A DNA stretch of 64,000 nucleotides from the human T2T-CHM13v2.0 reference genome, Homo sapiens: assembly GCF_009914755.1 (NCBI RefSeq), contig NC_060937.1. One strand, given 5' to 3'. Shown piece by piece: positions 45,997-60,285 of the stretch. How positions within the stretch are numbered: the stretch's first letter is position 1; each line of letters starts with the position of its first letter. The position numbers and the translations under genes are program-made. The notes under the pieces were generated by a model. That model did not search any database. It was given only the letters and a program-made list of their open reading frames with translations, and was not told where the DNA came from.

Positions 45997-46308
45997 TTAT
46001 TTTATTTATTTACAGAGACAGAGTCTCACTATGTCACCCAGGCTGGAGTGCAGTGGCGCCATCACAGCTCACTGCAGCCTTGAACTCCTGGGGTCAAGCG
46101 ATCCTCCTATCTTAGCCTCCTGAGTAGCTGGGACTACAGTGATGCACCACCATGCCTGGCTGATTTTTATTTCATATTTTGTATTTTTTGTAGACACGGA
46201 GTCTTGCTGTGTTGCTCAGACTGGTCTCGAACTCCTGAGCTCAAATGATCCTCCCACCTCAGCCTCCCAAAGTGCTAGGATTATAGGCATGAACTGCTGC
46301 ACCCAGCC
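45997..46308 (-). mobile_element. AluJ
   Basis: cacagctcactgcagccttgaactcctgggg. Confidence 0.95.
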
Positions 46309-47038
46309 AGGAAAGATTTAAATAGGACAAGTCTAGAAGGTAGACCAAGAAAGTGAACGATTGCCTCTATCCTCACCCTCACAGAAATCATACAAACATA
46401 TTATACTCTTGCTAGATGGTGTTCCCAGGGTGTGCTCCCCAAGGCTGGGATGAGAAGTGGTAAGGTGAGCCAGGATGGGTGTGATCATAGGTCCCATCCC
46501 ATGTCCCCTTGCCCTGTGTCCCCTCTCTGCTGACCTAGGGATTGTGGTCCCTTTTACCCCTGCTAAGACAAAACCTACATTGTTGTTATCTTTGATAATT
46601 AACATTCTAAGAAGTTACTGCTTTTCTTTCTATTTTTTTTCACAGAACATAATTTTTCATGGAATAGAGATTTGAGTTCAGTATCTAAGTTTTGGGGATG
46701 GAGAAACTAGAACTCAGTGAACTTTGAGTTTTAGTTTATTGCCCCCGTAGAAGGCATATGGCCTTATGTTAAAAAGGCCATTCTTTCCTTCCTTGGGTGA
46801 ACTAAAATGTTAAGAGAATCTTTAGATTTGTTACAATTAAAAAAATTATTAATTCAAGAAGCCCAAGGGCCGGGATGATTCCTCTTCAGTTCTAGAGGTT
46901 GGAGTCGCCACTCAGGACCAAGAGATTGAGACCTCCATTTTGGTGGGCCCTGAGGGTAGGGCCACCCTGGCTGGCCCAGAGGACAGAGCATCAGCCAAAG
47001 AGAATTATTCTCAAACCTTAAAATTTAATGGAATTTGC

Positions 47039-47349
47039 TGCCGGGTGCAGTGGCTCATGCCTGTAATCCCAACACTTTGGGAGGCCAAGGTGGGAGGATT
47101 GCTTGAGCCCAGGAATTTGAGACCAACCTGGGCAACATAGCAAGACCCTGTCTCTACAAACAATAAAAAAAAAAAATTAGTGGGGTGTGGTGGCTCATGC
47201 CTGTAGTCCCAACTACTCGGGAGGCTGAAGTGGGAGGACCACCTGAGCCCAGGAGAGTTCAAGTTTGCAGTGAGCTATGATGACACTACTGCACTCAAGC
47301 TGGGATGACTGAGTGAGACTCTGTCTCAAAAAAAAAAAAAAAAAAAAAA
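47039..47349 (+). mobile_element. AluJ
   Basis: ggtgggaggattgcttgagcccagg. Confidence 0.95.
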
Positions 47350-47556
47350 TCAAATGAAATTTGTTCTGCTAGATTTTAGATTTGTTTGGGCCTCATAACT
47401 CCCTCTTTTTTTCTGATTTCTTCCCTTTGGAATGGACACGCCTATCCTAAACCTATCCCACTATTATATTTTGAAAGCAAACAACTTGTCTAGTTTCACA
47501 GGTTCACAGCTGGAGAACAATTTTACTCAGATGAATCATACCTCACCCATATCTGC

Positions 47557-47865
<309 letters not shown>

Positions 47866-48166
47866 TGATGTTTAGATGAGATTTTGAACTTAGAGTTGGT
47901 GCGGGAATGAGTTGACTTTTGAGGCTCTTGGGATGGGATGGGTGTATTCTGAATGTGAAAAGGACATGAATTTGGGGGTAAAATGTTACAGGCTGAAATG
48001 TGTTCCCTCCAAATTCAGATGCTGAAGTCCTACCCCCAGAATAATTGCCTTCAAATGTGAGTATATTTGTAGATAGAATCTTTAAAGACGTGATTAAGTT
48101 AAAATTAGGTCATTAGGGTGGGCACTGATTCAATATGACAGGTGTCCTTATAAGAAGAGGAAATGG

Positions 48167-48791
<625 letters not shown>

Positions 48792-49399
48792 AAGAAGAGG
48801 AAATTTGGACACACATGCACAGAGGGAAAACTGTGTGAAGACACAGGAAGAAGATGACCATGTAAGTCAAAGAGAGATGCCTCAGAAGACACCAATTCTG
48901 CCAACACCTTGATGTAGGACTTCTGACCTCCAGAAGTGTGAGAAAATTAATTTCTGTGGTTTAAGCCACTCACTCTGTGGTACTTTGGTGTGGCAGCTCT
49001 AGAAACCTAATACGCTCTGGTTCCGACATTGCAGGCCAACATCAGTTTTTTGTTATGTTCATTGCTCTGGCTGCCATAAACCATTGCACTCATATTGAGG
49101 ACCTAGAAACCCTAAGAACTTTTTACCTGATGTGCTCAAGTTGTATATGAGAAAGTTTGTCTGGCCTTTGTCCCTTTTGGTCCTTCATTATCCAATATAT
49201 TTTCTGAGTACCCAGTGTGTATTAGGTTATGAGCAATATAGTAATAAACATGACAGTTCAGGTCTTTGTCTTTGAAGAGTTACCATTCCAATGGGGGAAA
49301 CTTTTAATAAACAAATAATATGGTGTCAAATTATGATCATCGTATGAAAAAGACAAAGCAGGGAGCTCTAGGTTATTATGATAGATTTAACACATGCAT

Positions 49400-50575
49400 C
49401 CAATTTAGTCCCTCTAGAAACACCACTAAAACCAAAGGAAAGAGATTTTTTTCTAATCCAGGAGAACAGGAGAGGAACAAAAGCAATATTTAGAATTGTA
49501 AATCCAAGAGACAAATAGTAACAAATGTTGTAAAACTAAGCAAGCTGAATCCCAAATCCAGCTCAATTTCTGTCACAAAACCCTCAAAAGGCACAAGGAC
49601 TGGGAGCACCAGGTGTCTCTGAAACCAGGGGTAAAGGAGAAGAACTAAAACAAGAAGGACAGGTGAAACCATCTGAGAAGAAGTTCTACCCCAAGACCGG
49701 CACACACACCCATTCCACTCCACTGGGCATCTGCCCTCCTCTATGAGGAAAGAAGACTGGAGGTTTGCTCTCTTCAGAGGACCTCTGGCAATGAGGACAT
49801 ATGACAGTGCCATTCTGAGAACAGGAGGATTAGGTGGTTAGTGCTAGTGGAGCAGGAGCTGAAACTGCCCCTGCTCCCCTCCCAACTTCACCCTCACCAG
49901 TTGTTTTCTCCCATCCAGTTCCCAGAACACCAGCAGCCAGATCCTTGCCCCCCAAGCAGGAGACTAAGAAACCTTAAAGCCGAAGAGGATAAAACAAAGA
50001 TAGGGACATTGGATGTTCCTCAAGACCCCTCAAGGCCTGGGAAGGACAACAAGCTTTAAAAGAACTCTAAATCATTAACAGACATCAAAGGTTAATAGAT
50101 AGCTGAGAACTCAAACAAACAGGAAAGTCACCTGGCATAAAACAGAAATCAAGAAGTGAGAGGATTCCTTAAAAAAAAATAACAAAGCAAAAACATTATC
50201 ATTAACATTCTTAGAAAGGTGAGCAAAGACCTTATATCAATAAAACAAGCACAGACACTAAGGGAACAAATGAAAGGAACAAAAAAGAGCTCCTGGAAAT
50301 TAAAAACATGATAGCAGAAATGAAAACTTCAATAAATGGCTGCAAGATTGAGCTGAGGAAATAGTTCAAAAAGTAGAAAAAAAAGATAAAAGATATTGAA
50401 AATAGAAGTAGAGTACAACTCCAGGTTGCTCAACTCCTGAATAATAGGAGTTCCAGAAAAAGAGAGCAGAGATAATACAGGGGAGGAAATAATCAATGAA
50501 ATATTGTAACAAAATTTCCTGGAATTGATGGACATGAATTTACAGAATAAAAAGATTCACAAAGTGCCTGGTACA
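49400..50575 (+). mobile_element. Old L1/HAL1-like 5' and ORF1 remnant
   Basis: gaataataggagttccagaaaaagagagcagag...aaatttcctggaattg resembles decayed ORF1. Confidence 0.5.
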
Positions 50576-50577
50576 AT

Positions 50578-51060
50578 TGATTCATTCATTCAATCAATAT
50601 ATAGTAAGTGCCTACCATGTGTCAGGTAGTATTTTAGACTCTAAGGATAAAAGAGTAAACAAAGCAACTGAAAAAAAAAGTCCAGGAAAGTTTTAATGAC
50701 AGATTGGGCAGGGAGAAGGCAGAGAAAGAAGTAAAAGGAGGTTAGATTCTGGCTATAATCTGAGGGTAGGGCCAATAGGATTCACTGATAAATTAGATGT
50801 GGAGCATCAAAGAGAGGAGTTAATGATGACTTAGAGATAACTCCAAGAAAAAACTAGAAAAGAAGGAGTTGTTATTTCATAGAGAGAAAACTCAGATGCA
50901 AGTTTTTCGGTGGGTAGTGAGAGGGATTTGGAACTTGGTTTGAGGCGAATCAAATTTGAGATGTTTATTATGCATCTAGGTAGAAATATCACTAGGCAGT
51001 TTTATGTATGAGTCTGGAGTACAAGGGAGAAGTCCAGGCTAGAGATAAAAATTTAGGAAT
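50578..51060 (-). mobile_element. L2 fragment
   Basis: attcattcattcaatc...gtgcctaccatgtgtcagg; ttagattctggctataatctgagggtagggccaatagga. Confidence 0.65.
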
Positions 51061-51377
51061 CATGCCTTTCCATGCTCTGCTGCTGCCTGGATCAGTCAAG
51101 GACATTCATTCCAATATATGGAAGTATTCTGCTTTGATCTGCCTTTTTTTTTCAGTTCTAAAGAAAAAGTAATCTCAGCATGTTTTAGAATGTATAGATA
51201 ACACTCAACCTATACATTCATAATTTGAAAAGAATTGCTTGTATTTTTTCCTATTCAGTGACACCATGTCTTACTGTTTGCTCATATCAGTATTTGTATC
51301 TCTCAATAAAGATTTATAATTTATTATTTTCTGTATAAATCCTTCATATTTCTCATTAAATTATTCGTAGGTTCTGT

Positions 51378-51378
51378 G

Positions 51379-51411
<33 letters not shown>

Positions 51412-51422
51412 TGTGTGTGTGT
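51378..51422. repeat. (TG)n microsatellite (one interruption)
   Basis: GT run. Confidence 0.95.
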
Positions 51423-51642
51423 TGGGGAAGAGGTTGTTTCTAACATAAAGAGATTTGGTTCTCATTGTATCCTCTAATTGATTATTTCTTGGTATAAAAA
51501 TGCTATTCTTTTTTTATATTTATCTTATATCCTGCCACCTAGGTAAATTATTTTATAAATTTTGATGGTTTTTCAGTTCTTGCATTTTCTAAGTGGAAAT
51601 TACATTACCTACACATAATAAGTTTTCTTCTCCTTTCTAATA

Positions 51643-52536
51643 CAGTTGACCCTTGAACAACATGGATTTGAACTGCATGGGTCCAATTATACTCAGATTT
51701 TTTTCAGTAAGAATTACATCAAGTGTGCCAGCCTCTCCTGCCTCCCCTTCCACCTCCTCCACCTCTTTGGCCTATGCCACTCCTGAGAGAGCAAGACTAA
51801 CCCCTCCTCTTCCTCCTCCTCAGCTTATTCAACATGAAGATGATGAGAATGAGGACTTTGTGATGATCTTCCGCTTAATAAATGGTAAATATATTTTCTC
51901 TTTCTTATGATTGTCTTAATATTTTCTTTTATCTAGCTACCTTATTAAAAGAATATAGCATATAATACTTAAAACATACAAAAAAAAGTGTTAATCAACT
52001 CTGTGGGCTGTTGGTAGGGCTTCCCGTCAACAGTAGGCTATTGGTAAAGCTCTGGGGGAGTCAAAAGTTAAACACCACATGTTCTCACTCATATATAGCA
52101 ACTTTAAAAGTTGATCTTAGAGAAGTAAAAAGTAAAATGGTCTTAAGATACCAGAGGCTGGGAACGGTTGGGGGAAGGGAAGGGTGGGAAGAGATGTGTT
52201 AAAAGATACAAAATTACAGCTAGATAGGAAGAATAACTTCTAGTGTTCTATAGCACTGTAGGGAGTCTATAGTTAACAATAATATATTGTATAGTTTCAA
52301 GTAGCTAGAAGGAGGATATTGAATGTTCCTAACACAAAGAAATAATAAATGTTGGAAATGATGAATATGCTAATTACCCTGATCTGATCACCACACATTA
52401 TATGCACAGAAACATCACTATATATCTCATGAATATGTAAAACTACTAATTGTCAATTTTTTAAAATTATACATGAATTTTCTGCTGCATGGGGGCGTGA
52501 GCACTCCTAACTCCTGTGTTGTTCAAGGGTCAACTA
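51643..52536 (+). mobile_element. Tigger2a-like DNA transposon with nested L1MA 3' fragment (about 52070-52468)
   Basis: TIRs cagttgacccttgaacaaca / tgttgttcaagggtcaacta flanked by TA; insert catgttctcactcat...aaaattacagctagatagg...taattaccctgatctgatc. Confidence 0.85.
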
Positions 52537-53666
52537 TATATATTAGGTTCAGTTCTGACTCTGAAATCATTGCTTTCCACTACACCATTCTCCTTCTTTC
52601 TTCCATATCCTTTTTGTAATATCTTCAGAACAATACATGTGTTGTGCCATGCAACCTTGTTTGATACATGAGAAAAAAAGGGTCTGGCCACAAAAGTTAA
52701 GTGATATATGTCGGTTAGGTGCCAATGCATACAAGTAAACCAAAACCTCCAAGCTGACAATACGAATTAAGAGGACCAATAGCCCCTATTGATGACCTCA
52801 TGAGAGGCTCCAACCAACCAGATTAGTTTTATTGGTTAAATGGTATAGGAAACATTCATAATAATTGGTTATGGGAAAAATTCTTTTGTTTTATGGGTAA
52901 TAATAGGTATAACACAAATTAAAGTGCTAAAAGAACATTTGGGAGAAATTCAAAATATGTCTATTATTCTTTTTTCAAGATCTTTGATTCTTCCCTCCTA
53001 TGATCCTTGCTTCTTTATTTTTTTGTGTTACAGATCAGCGGAGCATCACTGGCTGTGTGGGGCTCCCTCCAGTAAGTAGGTCTAGGACCTTAGCCGCATC
53101 TGCTGCTCATCCCACATCTTGACAAAAGTACACAAGAACCTCTAGTGCTTCCATGTCTCCAAATGCCATCTCCATTACACTTCAAAATGCACCCCCAACC
53201 TAGGATGATTGGGCTGTCCTTCTTAGCTGATAAAAACAGCAGAAAAACTTGATTTGTTTTCTTTATTTCTGTCAACTATTGCTATCAGGTAATATGCAGT
53301 ATGTTTAACACTCTGAAACATGAAACCCCTGTAAGTAAGTAATCCAGGACACACACCTCCTGTAGCACTGTGTCCTACTCAGTCTTAGTCCAGCTAAATG
53401 TGGAAGTGTATGCACATTTGGATCTTTCTAGACATTTTCTGTAAGTACCATAAGAGAAGCATAAGGCATCCCCATTTGATTGTTAGAAGGCTAGCTGGTT
53501 TGCAAGAAAGGGACAGAACTTGGAAGAGGCTAGGGCCAGTCCTTGTGAGGCCACCACCAGCATCATCTCTGCCAGATCATGACACGCCACTGCAGCTGTG
53601 CCACTTCATCCATCCCTTACACAGCCTCCTCAAGGAGTTCTCCTGGCACAGCACATACCCTGCTTA

Positions 53667-54091
<425 letters not shown>

Positions 54092-55849
54092 CTATTTTAA
54101 TAACCTGATTCTCATCTCTTACGACCACAAAGTATGCTTATCCTTCTACGTCGATGTCCGCATTGGTCTGGGACCCTGACTACTCCTAGGGAAGAGGAAT
54201 CAGACTGCCCTTCTAAGTGGTATCTATACTTTCAAGGACAAGGGTGCCTTGTATGAAAGACCAAGGGTCATTTCTTATCTTTCCTTATGCAAGCAGTTGG
54301 TTTTGCAGGACCAGCCATGGTTCCCTGGAGACCCGGCCCAACTTCTGGTACAAAGTAGAGAACTGGACAAACATGTTTTGCTGGGCCCTGCAGCTTTCAC
54401 TGAGAGACACACAGTTTTGGGGATGGGGCTTGGCCACTGTCAATCACTTAAGGCCCGTAGATGTTGCCTCAGTGTGGTGGCATCTGCCACCAAGGCCAGA
54501 TCTAGGGATCTAGTTGCTAACTCAGCAGCAGCCTTCTGTTTTTCTACAAGCCTATAGAAATGTTTTGGTTTCTTTTCCTCCTCCTCCTTCTCCAGAACTG
54601 GCTTTATTAACAGCAAGAATTCAAGCAGTCTCCCTGGTCTCTCATGCAGTTCAATCCCCGACAGCCTTTCCTGTAAATGCCACCTGCTGTCACATGCTCC
54701 ATCCGGGCCTTTGTTGTCAGGCTCACTTCTTTCTACATCTTCCTCCATTGACTTCAGCAGCTCCTTCATGCATGCCACAGTTTTTTCTGAAGTCTTTGGA
54801 TGCATTTTCTTAATGACAACATCAAAGTTCCTGCTTCTCTCTGTGTTACCAAATACTTTGTTGGAGTTGTTGATCTGACTTGGGACTTTGTAACATTCAC
54901 TGAGGCAGACATGTATTTTAGCCATAGTTCAAATCCTCCTCTCTGGGAGCTGGCCTTGCACCTCTGGAAAAGAACCACATGTTTTGATCACAGTGGCTTC
55001 CACCAAGAGCTGGGGACCACTGACAAATGGCTGGCCCTTCCCCCCCAATTCTAAAGGCCTCTGCCAGAGCTCCAGAAGCCGGGCGGAGCCTGCCAACAAC
55101 CATTATCAGCCTGTCCGAGTAGACCCTATCTTCTTATTTGAAGAAAAACCCCACTTTCTTTAGAAAAGTTAGATATGTGAAGATGCTGGTCTACAGGGTC
55201 CTTTTGAAAACATCTAACATCTTCTATGGGACGTTTCCACAGTTCACCACCTGAAACACTTGGACCACACATGTTTGCACATCCTGGACTTTCTGTCTGA
55301 TACATCTAGGACTGAACAATGGGTTCTCCCAGAAGTTCCAGAGGGAATTCCTACAATTCTCGCTTCAAGATGGCGCTCCAGCTGCATCACCTGCAGGCCT
55401 GGGCTAGGATATGTCTTGACTCTCCTTATGACACTGTCTTGGTGGCTCACTTGGGTGAGTGTGGGGCCAATCCAAGGGAAGTTGCGGGGAAGCTCAAAAA
55501 GGTAACTCAGATTTTCTTGGGAGAAGAGAGATTCTGAGCAGATTGGAACGTACCATCAACAGTGCCTTCTTCCTCCTGAGCTGATATCTGAATGAGTCCC
55601 TATTCACAGGAAGACCCTGGCCCACCTTGATGTCCCACTCAACTGTAATCCATTGGTCCTTTTTGGGCAATGACTGAGTCCTCTCCTGACCAAGGAAAGG
55701 AATGCATCTCAAGCCTCTCCCCATCAGGCCTTCATTAGCCCCATCCCCTACACCCACTGACTCTGCTCCCACTCCCGCCACTGTATCGCCCAGCGTTGCT
55801 TCCTGCAGGAAACCCTGCTGAGGAGTCTAGTGGAGGCAGAGATGCCCTG

Positions 55850-56010
55850 TGTTGAACACTCCACCATGCATTATGTCATTTTCTCCACACAACAGCCCTG
55901 AGAGGAAGGAAGTGTTATTCCCATTTTATAGAAGAGAAAACTGATGCTCAAACAGGTTAAATAATTTCTCAACTATTGACTGAAGAGCATGGGATACAAG
56001 TTCTAGGCCA
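55850..56010 (-). mobile_element. MIR
   Basis: ttattcccattttatagaagagaaaactgatgctcaaacaggttaaataa. Confidence 0.7.
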
Positions 56011-56212
56011 TTGTCGGCAAAGTCTGTATGCTTCACAGCTTGGCTGTGGGATGTGCTCCTCTGCCTTCAGGAGCCAACCCATCACCTTGGCCAACCCTTT
56101 GACCAGTGCAAACACTGCATCTTTGTCAGCCTCCTCTGCTAGCACAGCCACCCGGCCACCTCTATAACCAATGCCAACAGCTCTTGCAAGAGCAGGAAAG
56201 ACTCTCCTTAGA

Positions 56213-56350
56213 CCAGAGTGTCCCATCCTCAGCACTATTGGCATTTTGAACCTGATAACTCTTTGTGGTGATGAGGTGTTGTCCTGTGCAGTATAGGATG
56301 TTTAACAGCATCCCTAGCCTCTAGTTGTTCTCTGGTTGAGAACAACTGCC
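56213..56350. mobile_element. MER20-like hAT element fragment
   Basis: cagcactattggcattttgaacctgataactctttgtgg...gtcctgtgcagtataggatgtttaacagcatcc...ggttgagaacaactg. Confidence 0.75.
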
Positions 56351-56499
56351 CTAGGGTACTCATCCTGTCAGCTCTCTCTGCTTTTGAGCCAAAGTTCCTG
56401 AGAAAGAAAGGTCTCTGATGCAAAGCCTGTCCCCACTATAGCACTTTGAAACACTACTCTTGCTGGGACAGGCACCTAACCAGGCTCCCTCTCACCATC

Positions 56500-56863
56500 T
56501 GTCTTAGTCCAGTCCAGCTGCTATAACCAAATCCATGCTGGATAGAAGATACATGACAGAAATTTATTTGCACACAATTCCGGAGCCTGGATGTACAAGA
56601 TCAGGGTGTCAGGATGCTCGAGTTCTGGTGAGGGCTCTCTTGCAGGTTGCAGATGGCTGTCTTCTTGCTGGGTCTTCACATGGCAGAAAGAGCATGAAGG
56701 AGCTCTCTGCAGTCCCTTTTCTAAGGGCACTAATCTCATTCATGAGAGTTCCACCCTCATAACCTAATCACCTCCCAAAGGCCCCACCTTCTAATACCAT
56801 CATCTTGGATATTAGGATTTCAACACATGAATTTCGGTGGACACAGACTTTAAGTTCATTGCA
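56500..56863 (-). mobile_element. MLT1A-like MaLR LTR
   Basis: tgtcttagtcc...ctggtgagggctctcttgc...taatcacctcccaaaggccccac...tttcaacacatgaattt. Confidence 0.85.
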
Positions 56864-57019
56864 CCGTCACTGTCCTGGTGCTCCCTGATGTACAGCCCCT
56901 TCTTGGGGAACTCAGATGGCCCCAAGTGGAATTAGTTTAATCATTGGTCAGGCTCCCTTTCAACAGAGTGTGTCCCTGAATGCTCCATGCCCCCATTTTC
57001 AACATTCATCTTTACCCTC

Positions 57020-57449
57020 TGATACAGTTTGGATCTGTCTCCCTGCCCAAATCTCATGTGGAATTGTAATCCCCAGTGTTAGAGGTGGGGCCTGGTGGGA
57101 GGTGACTGGATCGTGGGGGCGGATTTCCCCCTTTCATGGGAAATTCATATGAATTTCCCAATTCATATATTCTTATGATAGAGTTCTCACGAGATCTAGT
57201 TGTTTAAAAGTGTGTGGCACCTTTGCCATCTCTCTCTTCCCCTTCTCCAGCCATGTAAGATGTGCCTGTTTCCCCTTCACCTTCTGCCATGATTGTAAGT
57301 TTTCTGAGGCCTCCCCAGAAGCCTAGCGGATGGCCAGCATTATGCTTCCTGTACAGCCTGCAGAACTGTGGGCCAATTAAACCCCTTTTCTTTATAAATT
57401 AGCCAGTCTCAGGTATTTCTTTATAGCCATTCGAGAACAGCCTAATACG
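57020..57449 (+). mobile_element. MSTA-like MaLR solo LTR
   Basis: tgatacagtttggatctgtctccctgcccaaatctcatg...gaacagcctaatacg; TSD ccctc. Confidence 0.9.
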
Positions 57450-59143
57450 CCCTCCCTTTCATGACCCCAGAGCCTGCACTCCCAAATCCTATGCCATCCA
57501 AGGGTGATGACCACCTGGATAAGAATGAGCCCTTCACTGGAAAGGACTGTGTAGAAACGAAGCCTGTACTCCCCAACAAGTCCAAACCTGCCAGATTCAG
57601 GCAACTACCCATGGAAATGCCAAGTAGGGCACCTCTGTGGCCAATCATTCCGGCCCGTTGGAGAGGAGGAACCGCGTGGGCAATCCATCATCAGCTGATG
57701 GTGGTGCCGGCTGCTGGCTCCCCATGCCTAGGCTGGTCTCCACTAACATCATTTAGTTTTTAGATTTTCCCAATTAAGAAAGGTTCCCACCAGCAACAGC
57801 AAAAATCCTCACCACCTCTTTCATTATCTCAGCTTTTCTTCCCCTTAATTACTATTGAGCTCCTGGCTGATTAAATTAGTTTTTGAGGTCCTTTCTGAAA
57901 TCTTGGGGAAATTATCTAAAAATCATGAAATCAATTCCCTTACGCTGTTTTAATCCTTTATGCCCTAGGCTCAAAGAGGGATGGGCAGACAAGTGCAGGC
58001 CCTCTGAGAAGTGTGCAGCTCTACACTGCTTGCCAGCCTTCTAGGGCCTTTGTGGACCATCTGGGTCAATTTCCTTCCAAGTAAATGAAATGCAAATAAA
58101 AATTCCAGCAGTTTTTCAGCTGCCGGCTGCCCAGCTGATTAGCATGACAGAGGCTGGGAGATGAGGCCTGACCCGGTGCACTTCCCCTCATCTCATTAAG
58201 TTGTAACTCCACCGCGGCTGCATTCATGGTGTTTATTGACGCTGAAAGGCGTCTTTATCCAAAACTAGCTAAATTCACATTCAGAGTTTTTACTTGGAAG
58301 TCTTGCCTGCTCCAGCATCCACATGAAAGTGAACCTATTGTGGCTGGCTCATGTGTCCTGCTGATTCTGAAACAATCTGGAGGTTTCTCAAAAATGTTTA
58401 TTTCACAAGTTTGTATCCTTCCATCCTGCTCCCCCAGCCTCAAAATGCACAGGGACACTCAGTGCAGGAAGAGGTAGGGGTGAGCGTGGGAGGAATTCCT
58501 AAAGTCAAGTTCTTAACAGATGTGGGAAAGCGAGGGTCTGGGAGAAGGATTTTGGCCTGGATGATTCTGAGATCTGTAGGTACAGTGAAACCTGCCACAG
58601 CTCATGGGGCCCTGCCAAGCTTTCTCACCTGGGTACTGGCTTCTCAGAGACCTCTGGCCAGGCACACAGCCCCACCAATGGCTGTTCCCCCTGGATTGAT
58701 TTTCCTTCTTTATAACGCATTTAAAGGGCAGTTTCCCGTATCTGCCTCCATTAACCATGCATGAACATATAGCATCACGGTAGCCTTGATTTGCTGTTGG
58801 GGTCCTCACTGCTTTGTGGCTTTGCACCAGGGCCTGTTTGCAGGCTGGGGAATGATTTTGCTCGCGATTGAGGCTGGGAGGTCCCAGGACTGTGCGGCTC
58901 TTCTCTCATTTTCATCTAACAGAATGCTTCATGGGAGAGAAGAGGTATTTATCTTTGGAAATTGAGAATGAGGGGAAAGGAGACAAAATTCAAGAGGAGG
59001 AAGTCACTACTATTTGTGATTCTCTGGTTGCCCCCAAAAGGAAACATCATGATCAAAATTCAATCTCTCTGACCCACTTGGGATTACAGCTGGGAAGAGA
59101 GCTTCGAAATCAAACTTAATGAATAAACTGGTTGATGAGTGAC

Positions 59144-59448
<305 letters not shown>

Positions 59449-60285
59449 GATGAGTGACTTTTTAATATGCAAGTAAAGCTGGATGCTTTTGATAGGTCCT
59501 GGTTAGTATTTAGCCAACAGGGTATGCATGGATTCGCATGTGGGAAAAGGGTTGCTATCCTTCAAAATGCATGCCTGAGATCTTCAGCCATTCAGAAGAC
59601 ATTTTTTAAACCAGTAAACAGCGTTGGGCCTGTTATAAAGGTTTACCAATCTGCAAAACTATCTTAACCGTTTGCCCATAGGATCTGTGCTAAGGATGAT
59701 AATAGTTAACATTTTTGTTAAAATCATTTTCTATACTAGGTTTTCTTTTAGGGCTGGTTTCTGCTCAGGGCCTAATTCAGTAGGTTGGCCACTTTGTGGT
59801 TTGGCTCAGATTTTCCTGGCTGTTGATAAAAAGATTTTGTTTTCTCTTTGGTTGGCCAACAGGAAGGGGTGGGCGCATCAAAGGCTGAGAGTGACCGACC
59901 ATCCATAGGCACAGTGTGGAGGATCGTCAGCTTGCTCAGCGTGCTTAGCTACAAATGAACAGCACATCCCAGAAGGCTTATAACTCTACAGGAGCAAAAA
60001 AGAGCACAGGGTGTGATCTTGGTAAGAGAAGAGGGCTAGCCCAAGGTATCCAGGCCATCTTCTCATGGCCTGCAATGCAGGACTCTTGGTCTAAGGGTTA
60101 ACCCTGTGTCTGATGTGTGATTGCAAAAATTATGATAGGGGTAGGTAATCCAAGTGAGCTTGCCTGGCTGTTTGTCTGAGTGGATGCCGCCTTCCAGAAA
60201 GAAACTAGCCAGTACCTATAACATTAAAGGTACCATGTTATAATGGTGCCATCTTACAATGAGCCATCTCCCTCATTTGTCATAA

